Notes under the pieces: model-generated
Seen by the model: the letters and a program-made list of their open reading frames with translations, nothing else
What the model was told of the DNA's origin: nothing
Database searches by the model: none
Part shown: piece after piece, positions 28,697 through 38,234 of the stretch
How the letters are laid out: each line of letters starts with the position of its first letter
Position numbering within the stretch: the stretch's first letter is position 1
Made by a program: the position numbers and the translations under genes
From: an uncultured delta proteobacterium
GTDB taxonomy: Bacteria > Myxococcota_A > Polyangia > Fen-1088
Length of the DNA: 64,000 nucleotides
Reading direction: 5' to 3'
NCBI GenBank assembly: GCA_963767925.1
Contig: CAVYGB010000008.1
Span: 512,001 to 576,000, forward strand

Positions 28697-29808
28697 ATGA
28701 AGGTTCGCTATTCCTATCTCCCGCAGCAGTTCGCCGAGATCGACGAGCTGCTCGCCCAGGTCAAGGCGCTCGTCCAGACCGGCGACTTCACCCTCGGCAA
28801 GGAGCTGGTCACCTTCGAGGAGCGGTTCGCCGCGCTGGTCGGCGCCCGCCACGCCATCGGGGTCGGCTCGGGCACCGACGCGATCAAGCTGTCCCTCAAG
28901 GCCCTCGGCGTCGGCCAGGGCGACGAGGTGATCACGGCGGCCAACACCTTCATCGCCACCGTGGGCGCCATCGCCGAGCTGGGCGCCCGCCCGGTCTTCG
29001 TCGACTGCTACCGACACCTTCTGCATGGACGTCGACAAGGTGGCCGCCGCCATCACCGGTCGGACCCGGGCCATCATGCCGGTGCACTTCACCGGCTACC
29101 TCACCGACATGCCTCGCCTGTGCGCGATCGCCGAGAAACACGGCCTGCCGGTGGTCGAGGACGCCTGCCAGGCCATCCTGGCGGGCGATCGACGGCCGCT
29201 GCGGCGGGACCTGGGGCCAGACCGGGGCCTTCTCCCTGCACCCGCTCAAGAACCTCAACGTGTGGGGCGACGGCGGGGTGATCGTCACCAGCGACGGGGA
29301 GGTGGCCGAGCGGCTGCGCCTGCTGCGCAACCACGGGATGCGCAACCGCGACGAGATCGCCATCCTCGGCTACAACTCGCGCCTCGACACCTTGCAGGCG
29401 GTGGTCGGCAACTGGCTCATCGGGCGCACCGAGGAGATGACCGCCAGTCGCATCGCCAACGCCCAGTACTACGACCGCCACTTCTCGGAGATCCGGGGCA
29501 TCAAGCTGCCGCCCCGCCCGGCCAACATGAGGTGCGTCTTCCACCTCTACGTGGTCATCGCCGAGGAGCGGGACGCGCTGCTGCAGCACTGCCAGGCCCG
29601 GGGCATCGAGTGCAAGGTCCACTACCCCATCCCGCTGTACCGGCAGGAGGCCCTCCGCCACCTGGGGCACAAGCGGGGGGACTTCCCGGTGGCCGACTTC
29701 CAGGCCGCCAGTTCGATCACCTTCCCCTGCGATCAGCACCTCGGCCGGGCCGAGCAGGACTTCGTGATCGCGACGGTGGCCGACTTCTACCGGGGCCGGC
29801 GGAGCTGA
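28697..29808 (+). CDS. DegT/DnrJ/EryC1/StrS aminotransferase; two apparent +1 frameshifts (~29009, ~29184)
   Basis: [46 protein letters not shown] spread over three frames. Confidence 0.82.
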
Positions 29809-29809
29809 C

Positions 29810-30910
29810 GTGGCGACCGTCCCCTTCGTCGACCTGCGGGCCCAGTTCGAGGCGGAGGCCGAGGCCCTCCTGCCGAAGATCCGCGCCGTGCTCCAGTCCG
29901 GCCAGTGGATCGGGGGGGAGGTGGTGGAGGCCTTCGAGCGGGGCGTCGCCGCCCTGTGCGGGGTGGAGCACGCGGTGGCGCTCGCCTCCGGGACCGACGC
30001 CCTCATCCTGGCCCTGCGGGCGCTGAACATCGGCCCGGGCGACGAGGTGATCACCGCCCCCAACTCCTTCGTCTCGACCACCGCCGCCATCGTGCTGTGT
30101 GGGGCCCGGCCGGTGTTCGCCGACGTGGGGCCCGACCAGAACATCGACCCCCGGGAGGTCGAGCGGGCCATCACCAGCCGCACCCGGGCCATCTTGCCGG
30201 TGCACCTCACCGGGCGGGTGGCGCCCATGAAGGCCCTGCTCGAGATCGCCCGCCGGCGGGACCTGCGGGTGATCGAGGACGCCGCCCAGTCGGTAGGGTC
30301 CCGGCTCGACGGCCGGGCCGCCGGCTCCTTCGGGGACGTGGGCTGCTTCTCGGCCCACCCCCTCAAGAACCTCAACGCCGCCGGCGACGCTGGCTTCGTT
30401 GTGACCGCCGACAGCCAGCTCGCGGCGCGCATCGCCCGGCTGCGCAACAACGGACACGCCGACCGCAACACCGTGCTCGAGTGGGGCACCGTCTCGCGCC
30501 TGGATCCCATCCAGGCGGCGGTGCTGCTGCATCGGCTCGAGGCGCTGCCGGCGGTGATCGAGGCGCGCCGACGGAATGCGGCCCGCTACCGGGAGCTGCT
30601 CGATCCCGGCCTGGCCTTCTCCCCGCCCTGCCGGCCCGAGGAGTGGAACACCTTCCACACCTTCGTGGTGCAGGTCGACCGGCGCGACGAGCTGCAGGCC
30701 CACCTGCGGGCCCAGGGGATCGAGACCGCCATCCACTATCCGGTCCCCATCCACCTGCAGCCGGCCGCCCGGGAGCTCGGCTACCGCCGGGGCGACTTCC
30801 CGGTGGCCGAGACCCAGGCCGGCCGCATCCTCTCGCTGCCGGTCCATCCCTGGCTGAAGGAGGGCGACATCGCCCGGGTGGCCGAGACGATCCGAGGGTT
30901 CTATCGATGA
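29810..30910 (+). CDS. DegT/DnrJ/EryC1/StrS aminotransferase
   Basis: VPFVDL, SGTDAL, EDAAQ, HPLKNLNAAGDAG, HYPVP. Confidence 0.92.
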   Translation: MATVPFVDLRAQFEAEAEALLPKIRAVLQSGQWIGGEVVEAFERGVAALCGVEHAVALASGTDALILALRALNIGPGDEVITAPNSFVSTTAAIVLCGARPVFADVGPDQNIDPREVERAITSRTRAILPVHLTGRVAPMKALLEIARRRDLRVIEDAAQSVGSRLDGRAAGSFGDVGCFSAHPLKNLNAAGDAGFVVTADSQLAARIARLRNNGHADRNTVLEWGTVSRLDPIQAAVLLHRLEALPAVIEARRRNAARYRELLDPGLAFSPPCRPEEWNTFHTFVVQVDRRDELQAHLRAQGIETAIHYPVPIHLQPAARELGYRRGDFPVAETQAGRILSLPVHPWLKEGDIARVAETIRGFYR

Positions 30911-32091
30911 TCGACACCGGCGCGGCGATCGAATACGACGGCCTCTATCAGCGGTACCTGCACTCGCTCGTCGACACCTTGCGGGGGTTCTCCTCGGGGA
31001 TCGAGGGGCTGGAGTTCTGGGTGCCGAACGAAGATCCCCAGGTCAGCCTGGCCCACATGCTGGACGCGGCGGCCAGCGAGGGCCGGCGCGAGCTGCGGGT
31101 GCGCTTCGGCCCGGAGTCCGCCCCGAAGATGAAGCCGCCGGCGGTCGACGCGCTGGCCGCGCAGTACGGCCGGTCCCGGGTCTGGGTCACCGCCGGCGCG
31201 CTCCTTGTCGAGGTGGAGGAGCTGCATGCCCGGGCGGTCGCCGCTCCCGAGGCGGGCGGTCAGGTCGCGCCGCGCGAGGTGCCGGCGCCGGATCCCGCCG
31301 CGCGGCCGGCGCCCGCCGCGCCGCCCAGGGTGGTGGCCCGGGGAGACTGCTACCGCCAGGCGCTCCGCGAGACCGCGGGCCCCCCGCAGCGGGAGGGCCT
31401 GGCGAGCGAACCCCCGGCCGCCGGCGGCGAGCCGGTCGAGGTCGAGGAGGACGGCTTGCGCCTGCAGCTTCACGTCGACCGGGCCAGCCACACCGTCCTG
31501 CAGGCGCGCTTCGCCGGCGCGGGCGACCCCGAGGCCCGGGCTCTGTTCGAGCGCTTCTGCGCGGTTGTCGAGGGGTTGCCCCTGCTCGAGGCCGCGCAAC
31601 ACGGGGTGATCCGGCTGGAGTTCCTGCTGCGCGACCGGACCCAGGGGCCACCGGTGCCTGGCATCGTCACGCCCGCCGCCGCCGACCCCCGGTTCGATCT
31701 GCCGCAGCGGCTGGTCCGGGCCGCCCTGACCGACTACCGGGCGCGCACCGGCTACGCCGAGACCGAAAACCGCTACGACCGGCCGCTGGCCGATCGCTGG
31801 CGCGCGGCGGCCACCCCCGAGCGGCTGCAGCAGCTCCGGGAGGTCCTCGATCGCCTGGCCCGGGCCCAGGGCTGGGCGCCCGAGCAGGTGGAGGTCGCCG
31901 CCATCGAGCACCAGGTGCGGGTGGTGATGGTGCTGGACCCGGCGCTGTCCCGGGTGGCCCAGGGGCGGGCGCTGCTCATCTTCGAGCGGGCCATCCAGGA
32001 AGAGATCGATCCGCGCCTCGAGGTGTACGCCGAGGAGCGCAAGGACCGGAACAAGCTGCGGCGGCTGGCCGTGGTGAGGGAACAATCATGA
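30907..32091 (+). CDS. Hypothetical protein with IscU/NifU_N-like central region
   Basis: LQLHVD...VLQARFAG...FCAVVEGLPLLEA resembles the NifU_N pattern without its Cys triad; ATGA overlaps at both ends. Confidence 0.6.
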   Translation: MIDTGAAIEYDGLYQRYLHSLVDTLRGFSSGIEGLEFWVPNEDPQVSLAHMLDAAASEGRRELRVRFGPESAPKMKPPAVDALAAQYGRSRVWVTAGALLVEVEELHARAVAAPEAGGQVAPREVPAPDPAARPAPAAPPRVVARGDCYRQALRETAGPPQREGLASEPPAAGGEPVEVEEDGLRLQLHVDRASHTVLQARFAGAGDPEARALFERFCAVVEGLPLLEAAQHGVIRLEFLLRDRTQGPPVPGIVTPAAADPRFDLPQRLVRAALTDYRARTGYAETENRYDRPLADRWRAAATPERLQQLREVLDRLARAQGWAPEQVEVAAIEHQVRVVMVLDPALSRVAQGRALLIFERAIQEEIDPRLEVYAEERKDRNKLRRLAVVREQS

Positions 32092-33212
32092 GCGGACTGA
32101 CCGAGCACACACGCCTCATTCTCGATGGCACCAAGATCTCCTGGCACCTCGACCGGGTGCAGGCCTGGGAGCGGGGCGAGCGGATCGCCCCCATCACCAT
32201 CGACATGGCCCTCACCCGGGCCTGCAACTACGCCTGCCAGTTCTGCTACGCGATGTTGCAGGAGAACGACCGCCAGGTGATCACCCGGGAGGTCATCTTC
32301 CGCTTCCTCGACGACTGCGCCGAGATCGGGGTCAAGGGGGTGAGCTTCGTCTCCGACGGCGAGAGCACCATCTCCCCCGCCTTCGCCGACGCCGTCCGCC
32401 ACGGCAGTGAGCTGGGGCTGTCGATGGCGGTGGGGACCAACGGGCTGGCCCTCACCCGGGCCCGGGCCGAGGAGGTGCTGCCCTACCTCACCTACCTGCG
32501 CATCAACATCTCCGCCGGGGAGCGCAAGCGCTACGCGGAGATCATGGGGGTCAAGGAGGACTGGTTCGACCGGGTCTGCCAGAACATCCGCGACATGGTC
32601 GAGATCAAGCGGACCCGCAAGCTCGACGTCACCATCGGCCTGCAGATGGTGGTGATGCCGAGCTACGGCGATCAGATCCTGCCCCTGGCCCGCCTGGGGG
32701 CCGAGCTGCGGCCCGACTACCTCGTGCTCAAGCACTGCTCGGACAACGAGGACGGCGACCTGGGGGTCAAATACGGCGACTACGAGAAGATCTACGACGA
32801 GCTGCGCGCCGCCGAGAAGCTCTCGGACGAGAGCTACCAGGTGGTAGTCAAGTGGTCGAAGATCGAGGCCAAAGGTGGCCGCGCAGCTACCAGCGCTGCT
32901 ACGGCGCCCCTTTCATGTTGCAGATCTCCGGCTCCGGGCTGGTGGCGCCCTGCGGGATGCTGTTCAACGAGCGCTACAAGAAGTTCCACATCGGCAACAT
33001 CTGCGAGCAGCGCTTCCGGGACATCTGGGCCGGGCGATCGCTACTGGGAGGTGATGAACTACCTGGCCTCGCCGCGCTTCAACGCCCAGATGATGTGCGG
33101 CTCGCTCTGCCTGCAACACAAGGTCAACGAGACCCTGGACGGCTACCAGAAAGGCCTCATCCAGCTCCGCCGCCCGGAAGGACCCCCGCCGCCGCACCTG
33201 AGCTTCATCTGA
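32088..33212 (+). CDS. Radical SAM protein with SPASM/twitch domain; compensating frameshifts (~32880, ~33032)
   Basis: CNYACQFC; the segment RCYG...ISGSGLVAPC...IGNI...RDIW lies in another frame between the two shifts; ends CGSLC...HLSFI. Confidence 0.85.
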   Translation: MSGLTEHTRLILDGTKISWHLDRVQAWERGERIAPITIDMALTRACNYACQFCYAMLQENDRQVITREVIFRFLDDCAEIGVKGVSFVSDGESTISPAFADAVRHGSELGLSMAVGTNGLALTRARAEEVLPYLTYLRINISAGERKRYAEIMGVKEDWFDRVCQNIRDMVEIKRTRKLDVTIGLQMVVMPSYGDQILPLARLGAELRPDYLVLKHCSDNEDGDLGVKYGDYEKIYDELRAAEKLSDESYQVVVKWSKIEAKGGRAATSAATAPLSCCRSPAPGWWRPAGCCSTSATRSSTSATSASSASGTSGPGDRYWEVMNYLASPRFNAQMMCGSLCLQHKVNETLDGYQKGLIQLRRPEGPPPPHLSFI

Positions 33213-33233
33213 TCTCGGAGGTGAAGAGGGGGG

Positions 33234-34370
33234 TCAGCGCGCGGCGATCACCGCGGCGATCACCTCGGCCTGCTCCGCCTCTCCCAGGCCGACCGAGCAG
33301 GGGAGGCTGAGCGCGCGCGCGAACAGGCGCTCCGAGACCGCCCCGCCCAGGCGGGGCGCGCCGGCGTAAGGGCGCTGCAGGTGCAGGGGCGTCCAGAGCG
33401 GGCGCGAGTCGATCCCCCGCCCCCGCAGCGCCTCGTGCAGCGCCTGCCGGCCGCCGCCCGCCTCGACGGTGACCGTGTACAGCCAGTGCGAGCTGTCGGC
33501 CCACGGCGTGCGCGGCGGCGGCGCGACCCCAACTGCCCCGGAGAAGGCGGCGTCGTAGCGGGCAGCGATGGCCCGCTTGGCCGCCAGGAAGGCGTCGAGC
33601 TGCTCGAGCTGGGACAACCCCAGCGCGGCTGCCACGTTGGTCAGGCGGTAGTTGTAGCCGACCTCGTCGTGGTGGTACTCGAGCTGGGGCAGGCGGGCCT
33701 GGGTGCTGAGGTGGCGGGCCCGGCGGGCCAGCCCCTCGTCGTCGGTGGCCAACATGCCGCCGCCGCCCGCGGTGATGATCTTGTTGCCGTTGAAGGAGTA
33801 GCAGCCGACCGGGCCCACCGTGCCGACCTGCTTGCCCTCGAACCGCCCGGCGCGGTAGCGCGCGCCGAGCGCCTCGGCCGCGTCCTCGATCAGGAAGACG
33901 CCGTGCCGCTGGCAGACCCCGGCCAGCTCGTCGAGGCGAGCGGGCTGGCCCAGCACGTGGACCGCGATGACCGCCTTCGGCTGGCGCAGCCCGGCCCGGG
34001 CCCGCCGCTCCAGCTCGGCCGCCACCAGGGCGGGGTCGAGGTTCCAGCTCTCGGCCTCCGAGTCGACCAGGACCGGGGTGGCGCCCTGGTAGAGGATCGG
34101 GTTGGCCGAGGCGATGAAGGTCAAGGTCGAGACGAAGGCCTCGTCCCCCGGCCCCAGGTCGGCCAGCCGGCAGGCCAGGTGCAGCGCCGCGGTCCCGCTG
34201 GCGCAGGCCACCGCGAACCGGCTGCCCACCTGGCGGGCGAAGGCCTCCTCGAATCGCCGCACGAAGGGGCCCACCGAGGAGACGAACCCGCTGGTCAGGC
34301 ACTCGTCGAGGTAGCGCCGGGCGTTGCCCCCCAGGCTGGGCTCGAGCAGGGGGACGCGCAGCTCAGACAT
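33234..34370 (-). CDS. legC: LegC-like aminotransferase (DegT family)
   Basis: FVSSVGPFV, EDAAEALG, SFNGNKIITAGGGG, GYNYRL; follows legB. Confidence 0.8.
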   Translation of the reverse strand: MSELRVPLLEPSLGGNARRYLDECLTSGFVSSVGPFVRRFEEAFARQVGSRFAVACASGTAALHLACRLADLGPGDEAFVSTLTFIASANPILYQGATPVLVDSEAESWNLDPALVAAELERRARAGLRQPKAVIAVHVLGQPARLDELAGVCQRHGVFLIEDAAEALGARYRAGRFEGKQVGTVGPVGCYSFNGNKIITAGGGGMLATDDEGLARRARHLSTQARLPQLEYHHDEVGYNYRLTNVAAALGLSQLEQLDAFLAAKRAIAARYDAAFSGAVGVAPPPRTPWADSSHWLYTVTVEAGGGRQALHEALRGRGIDSRPLWTPLHLQRPYAGAPRLGGAVSERLFARALSLPCSVGLGEAEQAEVIAAVIAAR

Positions 34371-35391
34371 GGAGCGGGCCGCTGCGGTAGCGATCGAGGT
34401 TGGCGCGCAGCCAGTCGGCCGTCCGCCGCACCCCCTCCTCGAGGTCGACCTCCGCCGTCCAGCCCAGCCGGGTCCGGGCCCGGGCCGGGTCGGACAGGAG
34501 CAGCTCCACCTCGCTGCGGTCGGGCCGCACCCGCCGCGGGTCGAGCCGGGCCTGGGCCTCCACCCCGAGGACGCGGCAGCAGGTGGCGAGCAGCTCGCCC
34601 ACCGAGACCGCCTGGCCGGTGCCGAGCTGGACCGTCTCGCCTTCGAGGTCGGGGGCCAGCGCCGCCTTCACGAAGCCGTCGACGGTGTCGGAGACGAAGG
34701 TCAGGTCGCGGCGCGGATCCAGCCGTCCGAGCTCGATCTCGCGCTGCCCCTGCAGGAGCTGGGTGATGATGGTGGGCAACACCGCCCGGGTCGACTGCCG
34801 GGGCCCGTAGGTGTTGAAGGGGCGCAGCACCAGCGCGGGGGTGCCGAAGCTGCGCTGGAACGACAGCACGAGCTGGTCGGCGGCGACCTTCGAGGCGGCG
34901 TAGGGGGACTGGGCGTTGAGGGGGTGGCTCTCGCGGATGGGGGCGCTCTCGGGGGTGCCGTACACCTCGCTTGTCGAGGTGTGGATGAGGCGGCGGCAGC
35001 CGGCCCGGCGGACCGCCTCGAGCAGGTTCAGCGTGCCGACCACGTTTGTCTCGATGTAAGACGCCGGGGCGACGTAGGAGTAGGGGATGGAGATGAGGGC
35101 GGCCAGGTGGAACACCACCTCCACCTCCTGGCAGACCCCGTCGACGAAGCGCCCGTCGCGGATGTCGCCCAGCCGCACGTCGAGGCGCGCGCGCACCTCG
35201 GCCGGCACGGTGTCGAGCCAGCCCCAGGAGCCCTGCGAGGTGTAGAGGGCCAGGGCCCGGACCTGGGCCCCCTCGGCGACGAGGCGCTCGACAAGGTGGC
35301 TGCCGATGAAGCCGTCGGCCCCGGTGACGAGGACCCGCCGCCCGCGCAGCCCCTCGCCGGTGAAATTCCCCGGGGGGCTCACGGCTCCCAC
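34363..35391 (-). CDS. legB: NAD-dependent 4,6-dehydratase LegB
   Basis: VTGADGFIGSHL, LAALISIPYSY, TSTSEVYG, QSPYAASK, RPFNTYGPRQS. Confidence 0.85.
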   Translation of the reverse strand: MGAVSPPGNFTGEGLRGRRVLVTGADGFIGSHLVERLVAEGAQVRALALYTSQGSWGWLDTVPAEVRARLDVRLGDIRDGRFVDGVCQEVEVVFHLAALISIPYSYVAPASYIETNVVGTLNLLEAVRRAGCRRLIHTSTSEVYGTPESAPIRESHPLNAQSPYAASKVAADQLVLSFQRSFGTPALVLRPFNTYGPRQSTRAVLPTIITQLLQGQREIELGRLDPRRDLTFVSDTVDGFVKAALAPDLEGETVQLGTGQAVSVGELLATCCRVLGVEAQARLDPRRVRPDRSEVELLLSDPARARTRLGWTAEVDLEEGVRRTADWLRANLDRYRSGPLHV

Positions 35392-36419
35392 CCCTGGGCC
35401 CGGGCCAGCTCGGCGCGCTGACCCACGTCGATCCAGTCCTCCTCGAAGGGGTAGGCCCGCACCAGCTCACCCCGGGCGGCGGCGTCGGCAAACAGGATCG
35501 GCAGGCCGAAGTCCTCGTCGGGCGGGATGCGATCCAGCAGGGCCGGCTCGATGGCGTAGATGCCTGTGTTGATCGAGCGGATGAGCTGGGGCTTCTCCTC
35601 GCAGTGCACGATTGTGTCGCCCTGGACCCGCACGCAGCCGAAGGGGATCGTGTGCACGTAGCGGCGCACCCCCATGGTGCCGAGCTGGCCGCCGCGCTCG
35701 TGGAACTCGAGCAGGGCCCCCAGGTTGGCCTGGGTGACCAGGTCGCCGTTCATGACCAGCAGCGACTCGCGCGGGCGCTCGGGCAGCAGGCGCAGCGCCC
35801 CGCCGGTGCCCAGGGGGCGGGCCTCGCGCAGGTATTCGATGTTGCAGCCGAGCTTGTTCCCGTCGCCGAAGTGCTCCTCGATGACGTGCCCCAGGTAGTT
35901 GATGGCGATGAAGATCCGCCGGATGCCGAAGCTCATGAGGTGCAGCACCGTCCGCTCGAGGATGGGCCGCCCCGCCACGGTGAGCATCGGCTTGGGCAGC
36001 CGCTCGGTCAGCGGCAGCAGGCGGGTGCCGCGGCCGCCCGCCATGATCACCGCCGCGTTGGGCCGCTCGGCCGTGCCGATCAAATCGTGCAGCAGGTGCA
36101 GCCCCATGAGGCGCCCGCCCTCGTCGACGACCGGGATCTGTCCGACGGTGCGGGCCTGCATCAGCTCGAGCACCTCGGCCCGCGAGACCTCCGAGGAGAC
36201 GCTGAAGAAGGGGCGGCCCAGGTGGGGGGCCAGGGGGGACTGCAGGGTCAGCCCCCGCAGCAGCAGGCGGCGCACGTCGCCGTCGGTGAAGACGCCGCGC
36301 AGCCGCTCCTCGGGATCGACGACCAGGGCGATCTCGGCCCCGCCCCGCTCGAGGGCCCACATGACGTCGATCAGGCGCTTGTCGTCGCGCACCTTGGCGG
36401 CGTCGAAGCGGGTCAACAT
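35379..36419 (-). CDS. CBS-domain nucleotidyltransferase (PtmE-like sugar-1-phosphate guanylyltransferase)
   Basis: TDGDVRR CBS pair; IMAGGRGTRL.PLT...PKPML; WIDVG. Confidence 0.85.
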   Translation of the reverse strand: MLTRFDAAKVRDDKRLIDVMWALERGGAEIALVVDPEERLRGVFTDGDVRRLLLRGLTLQSPLAPHLGRPFFSVSSEVSRAEVLELMQARTVGQIPVVDEGGRLMGLHLLHDLIGTAERPNAAVIMAGGRGTRLLPLTERLPKPMLTVAGRPILERTVLHLMSFGIRRIFIAINYLGHVIEEHFGDGNKLGCNIEYLREARPLGTGGALRLLPERPRESLLVMNGDLVTQANLGALLEFHERGGQLGTMGVRRYVHTIPFGCVRVQGDTIVHCEEKPQLIRSINTGIYAIEPALLDRIPPDEDFGLPILFADAAARGELVRAYPFEEDWIDVGQRAELARAQGWEP

Positions 36420-37072
36420 GGCGCCCCCGCGACCGCCCGGGCCGGCACCCCCAGCATGGTGGCGCCCGCGGGGGCGTCGCCGACCAGCACCGCGCCCATG
36501 CCCACCACCGCCGCCCGTCCCACCTGCACGTGGTCGCGCACCCGGCAGCCGAGCCCCAGGAAGGCCCCCGGGCCGATGTGGGCCCCTCCGCCCAGCACCG
36601 CGCCCGGACCCACCTGGACCAGCTCCTCGAGGACGACGTCGTGCTCGACGATGGCCCCGCAGCCAACCAGGACGTGGGCCTCGAGGCGGGCGCCGGCGTT
36701 GATCAGCGCGGCCGCGTAGACCATCGCCCCGGGCGCCAGGGTGGCCGAGGGCGAGACCCGCGCGTCGGCGTGGACCAGGGTGGCGAAGCGGGCCCCCGCC
36801 GAGGTGTAGCGGGCGACAAGCTCGCCCCGCCGGGGTCCGGGGCGGGTGCCCCCGACCGCAAGCACGAAGCGCACCCCCGGGTCGCGGGCCAGGCGCTCGG
36901 CGTCGCTGTCGGTGCCCAGCCAGGGCGTGTCCAGCCGGCGCTCGCCGGCCGGATCGCGCTCGGGCGCCAGGTAGCCGCGCAGCGACCACTGCTCCGGGCG
37001 GGAGCGGGCCGCCTCGGCGACAACCCGGGCGTTTTCACCGCCCCCAATCAGCACGAGCGGCAGGGCGCTCAC
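36413..37072 (-). CDS. NeuD/PglD-family hexapeptide-repeat acetyltransferase
   Basis: IGGGENARVV, TLVH..A, EHD, hexapeptide repeats, GVPAR. Confidence 0.87.
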   Translation of the reverse strand: MSALPLVLIGGGENARVVAEAARSRPEQWSLRGYLAPERDPAGERRLDTPWLGTDSDAERLARDPGVRFVLAVGGTRPGPRRGELVARYTSAGARFATLVHADARVSPSATLAPGAMVYAAALINAGARLEAHVLVGCGAIVEHDVVLEELVQVGPGAVLGGGAHIGPGAFLGLGCRVRDHVQVGRAAVVGMGAVLVGDAPAGATMLGVPARAVAGAPC

Positions 37073-38232
37073 GCCGCGCCTCCTCCGAGGGGAGCCACCT
37101 CGCTCGAGGCCAGCCGGGGGGCAGCCTTGCGCGGGGGCCGGGGTGGATTCCAGGCTCGCAGGACGTCGAGCACCCGCTGCGAGGCGGAGGGCAGGGCGGC
37201 GGGGGCGGGGCGGACCGAGGCGCGCGCGGCGAGGGCGGCGCGCAGGGCGGCGGCGATGGCCGGCGCCTCGGCGGGCACGTCGCTCACGCTGGCCGCGCGC
37301 TCGCGCCCGGCCTGCCGCTCGCCGACGTTGATGGTGGGGACCCCGGCCACCGGCGCCTCGAGCAGGCCGGCCGAGCTGTTGCCGAGGACGGCGTCGGCCA
37401 GCCGCATGAGGCCCCAGAAGCGGCGGGCCCCCAGCGCGGGGACGACGACCCGCCCGGGGCGGCCGAGGGCCCGGGCCACCTCTGCCTCCACCCGCTCGTG
37501 GCCGGGATCGGTGTTCGCGCCGGTGATGACGTAGGTGGCGGGCACCAGGTCCATGGCGGCGAAGGTGGCGGCGGCGTCGGCCGCGGGATCGGCGGCCAGG
37601 GTGGTGGGGTGGACGGTCACCACCACCACCGGCGGGGTCAGCGGGAGGCCGAGGGTGGCCTCCAGCTCGGCCCGGTTGGCCACGTCGCCCCGGTGCAGGT
37701 TGTCGGTCCCCGGCGCGCCCACCACGTGCACGGTGGCCGGATCTTCCCCCATGGCGATGACCCGGGCGCGGTAGATGGGGTGGCTGACCAGGTGCAGGTG
37801 GGCCAGCTTGGTGATCGCGTGGCGGCAGGCGTTGTCGATGGCGCCCGCGGTCTCCTCGCCGCCGTGCAGGTGCACGACGGGGACCGTGGCGATGGTGGCG
37901 GCCAGCGCGGCGGCCAGGGTCTCGTAGCGGTCGCCCACCAGGAGCAGCGCCTGCAGGTGCTGCCGGTCGAGGGCCTCGCCGATGGCGGCCAGGGCCCCGG
38001 CCGCTTGCCGGTGCGCCGACTCGGGCTCCTCTTCCGACAGCCAGCGCAGCCGCTCGGCCGGGATGAAGCCGTCGGCCTCGACCAGCGCCACCGTGCCGCC
38101 GAAGCGCAGCGACAGGTGCATGCCTCCCGCCAGCAGCACCAGCTCGAAGTCCGGGTCGGCCGCCAGCAACTGGCAGAGGTTGCGCAGGATGTCCCAGTCC
38201 TGCCGCCCGGTTGTGAGCACGCCCAGGCGCAT
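37069..38232 (-). CDS. neuC: Hydrolysing NDP-sugar 2-epimerase (NeuC/LegG)
   Basis: GMHLS..FG, GDRYE, HLHGGE, RHAITKLAH.H, GNSSAG, G.RQ.GR. Confidence 0.9.
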   Translation of the reverse strand: MRLGVLTTGRQDWDILRNLCQLLAADPDFELVLLAGGMHLSLRFGGTVALVEADGFIPAERLRWLSEEEPESAHRQAAGALAAIGEALDRQHLQALLLVGDRYETLAAALAATIATVPVVHLHGGEETAGAIDNACRHAITKLAHLHLVSHPIYRARVIAMGEDPATVHVVGAPGTDNLHRGDVANRAELEATLGLPLTPPVVVVTVHPTTLAADPAADAAATFAAMDLVPATYVITGANTDPGHERVEAEVARALGRPGRVVVPALGARRFWGLMRLADAVLGNSSAGLLEAPVAGVPTINVGERQAGRERAASVSDVPAEAPAIAAALRAALAARASVRPAPAALPSASQRVLDVLRAWNPPRPPRKAAPRLASSEVAPLGGGAA

Positions 38233-38234
38233 GT

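Noticed and set aside
27070..33035. Homopolymer phase variation as in Campylobacter maf loci
   Set aside because: Shift sites lie in runs of three bases or fewer, too short for slipped-strand switching
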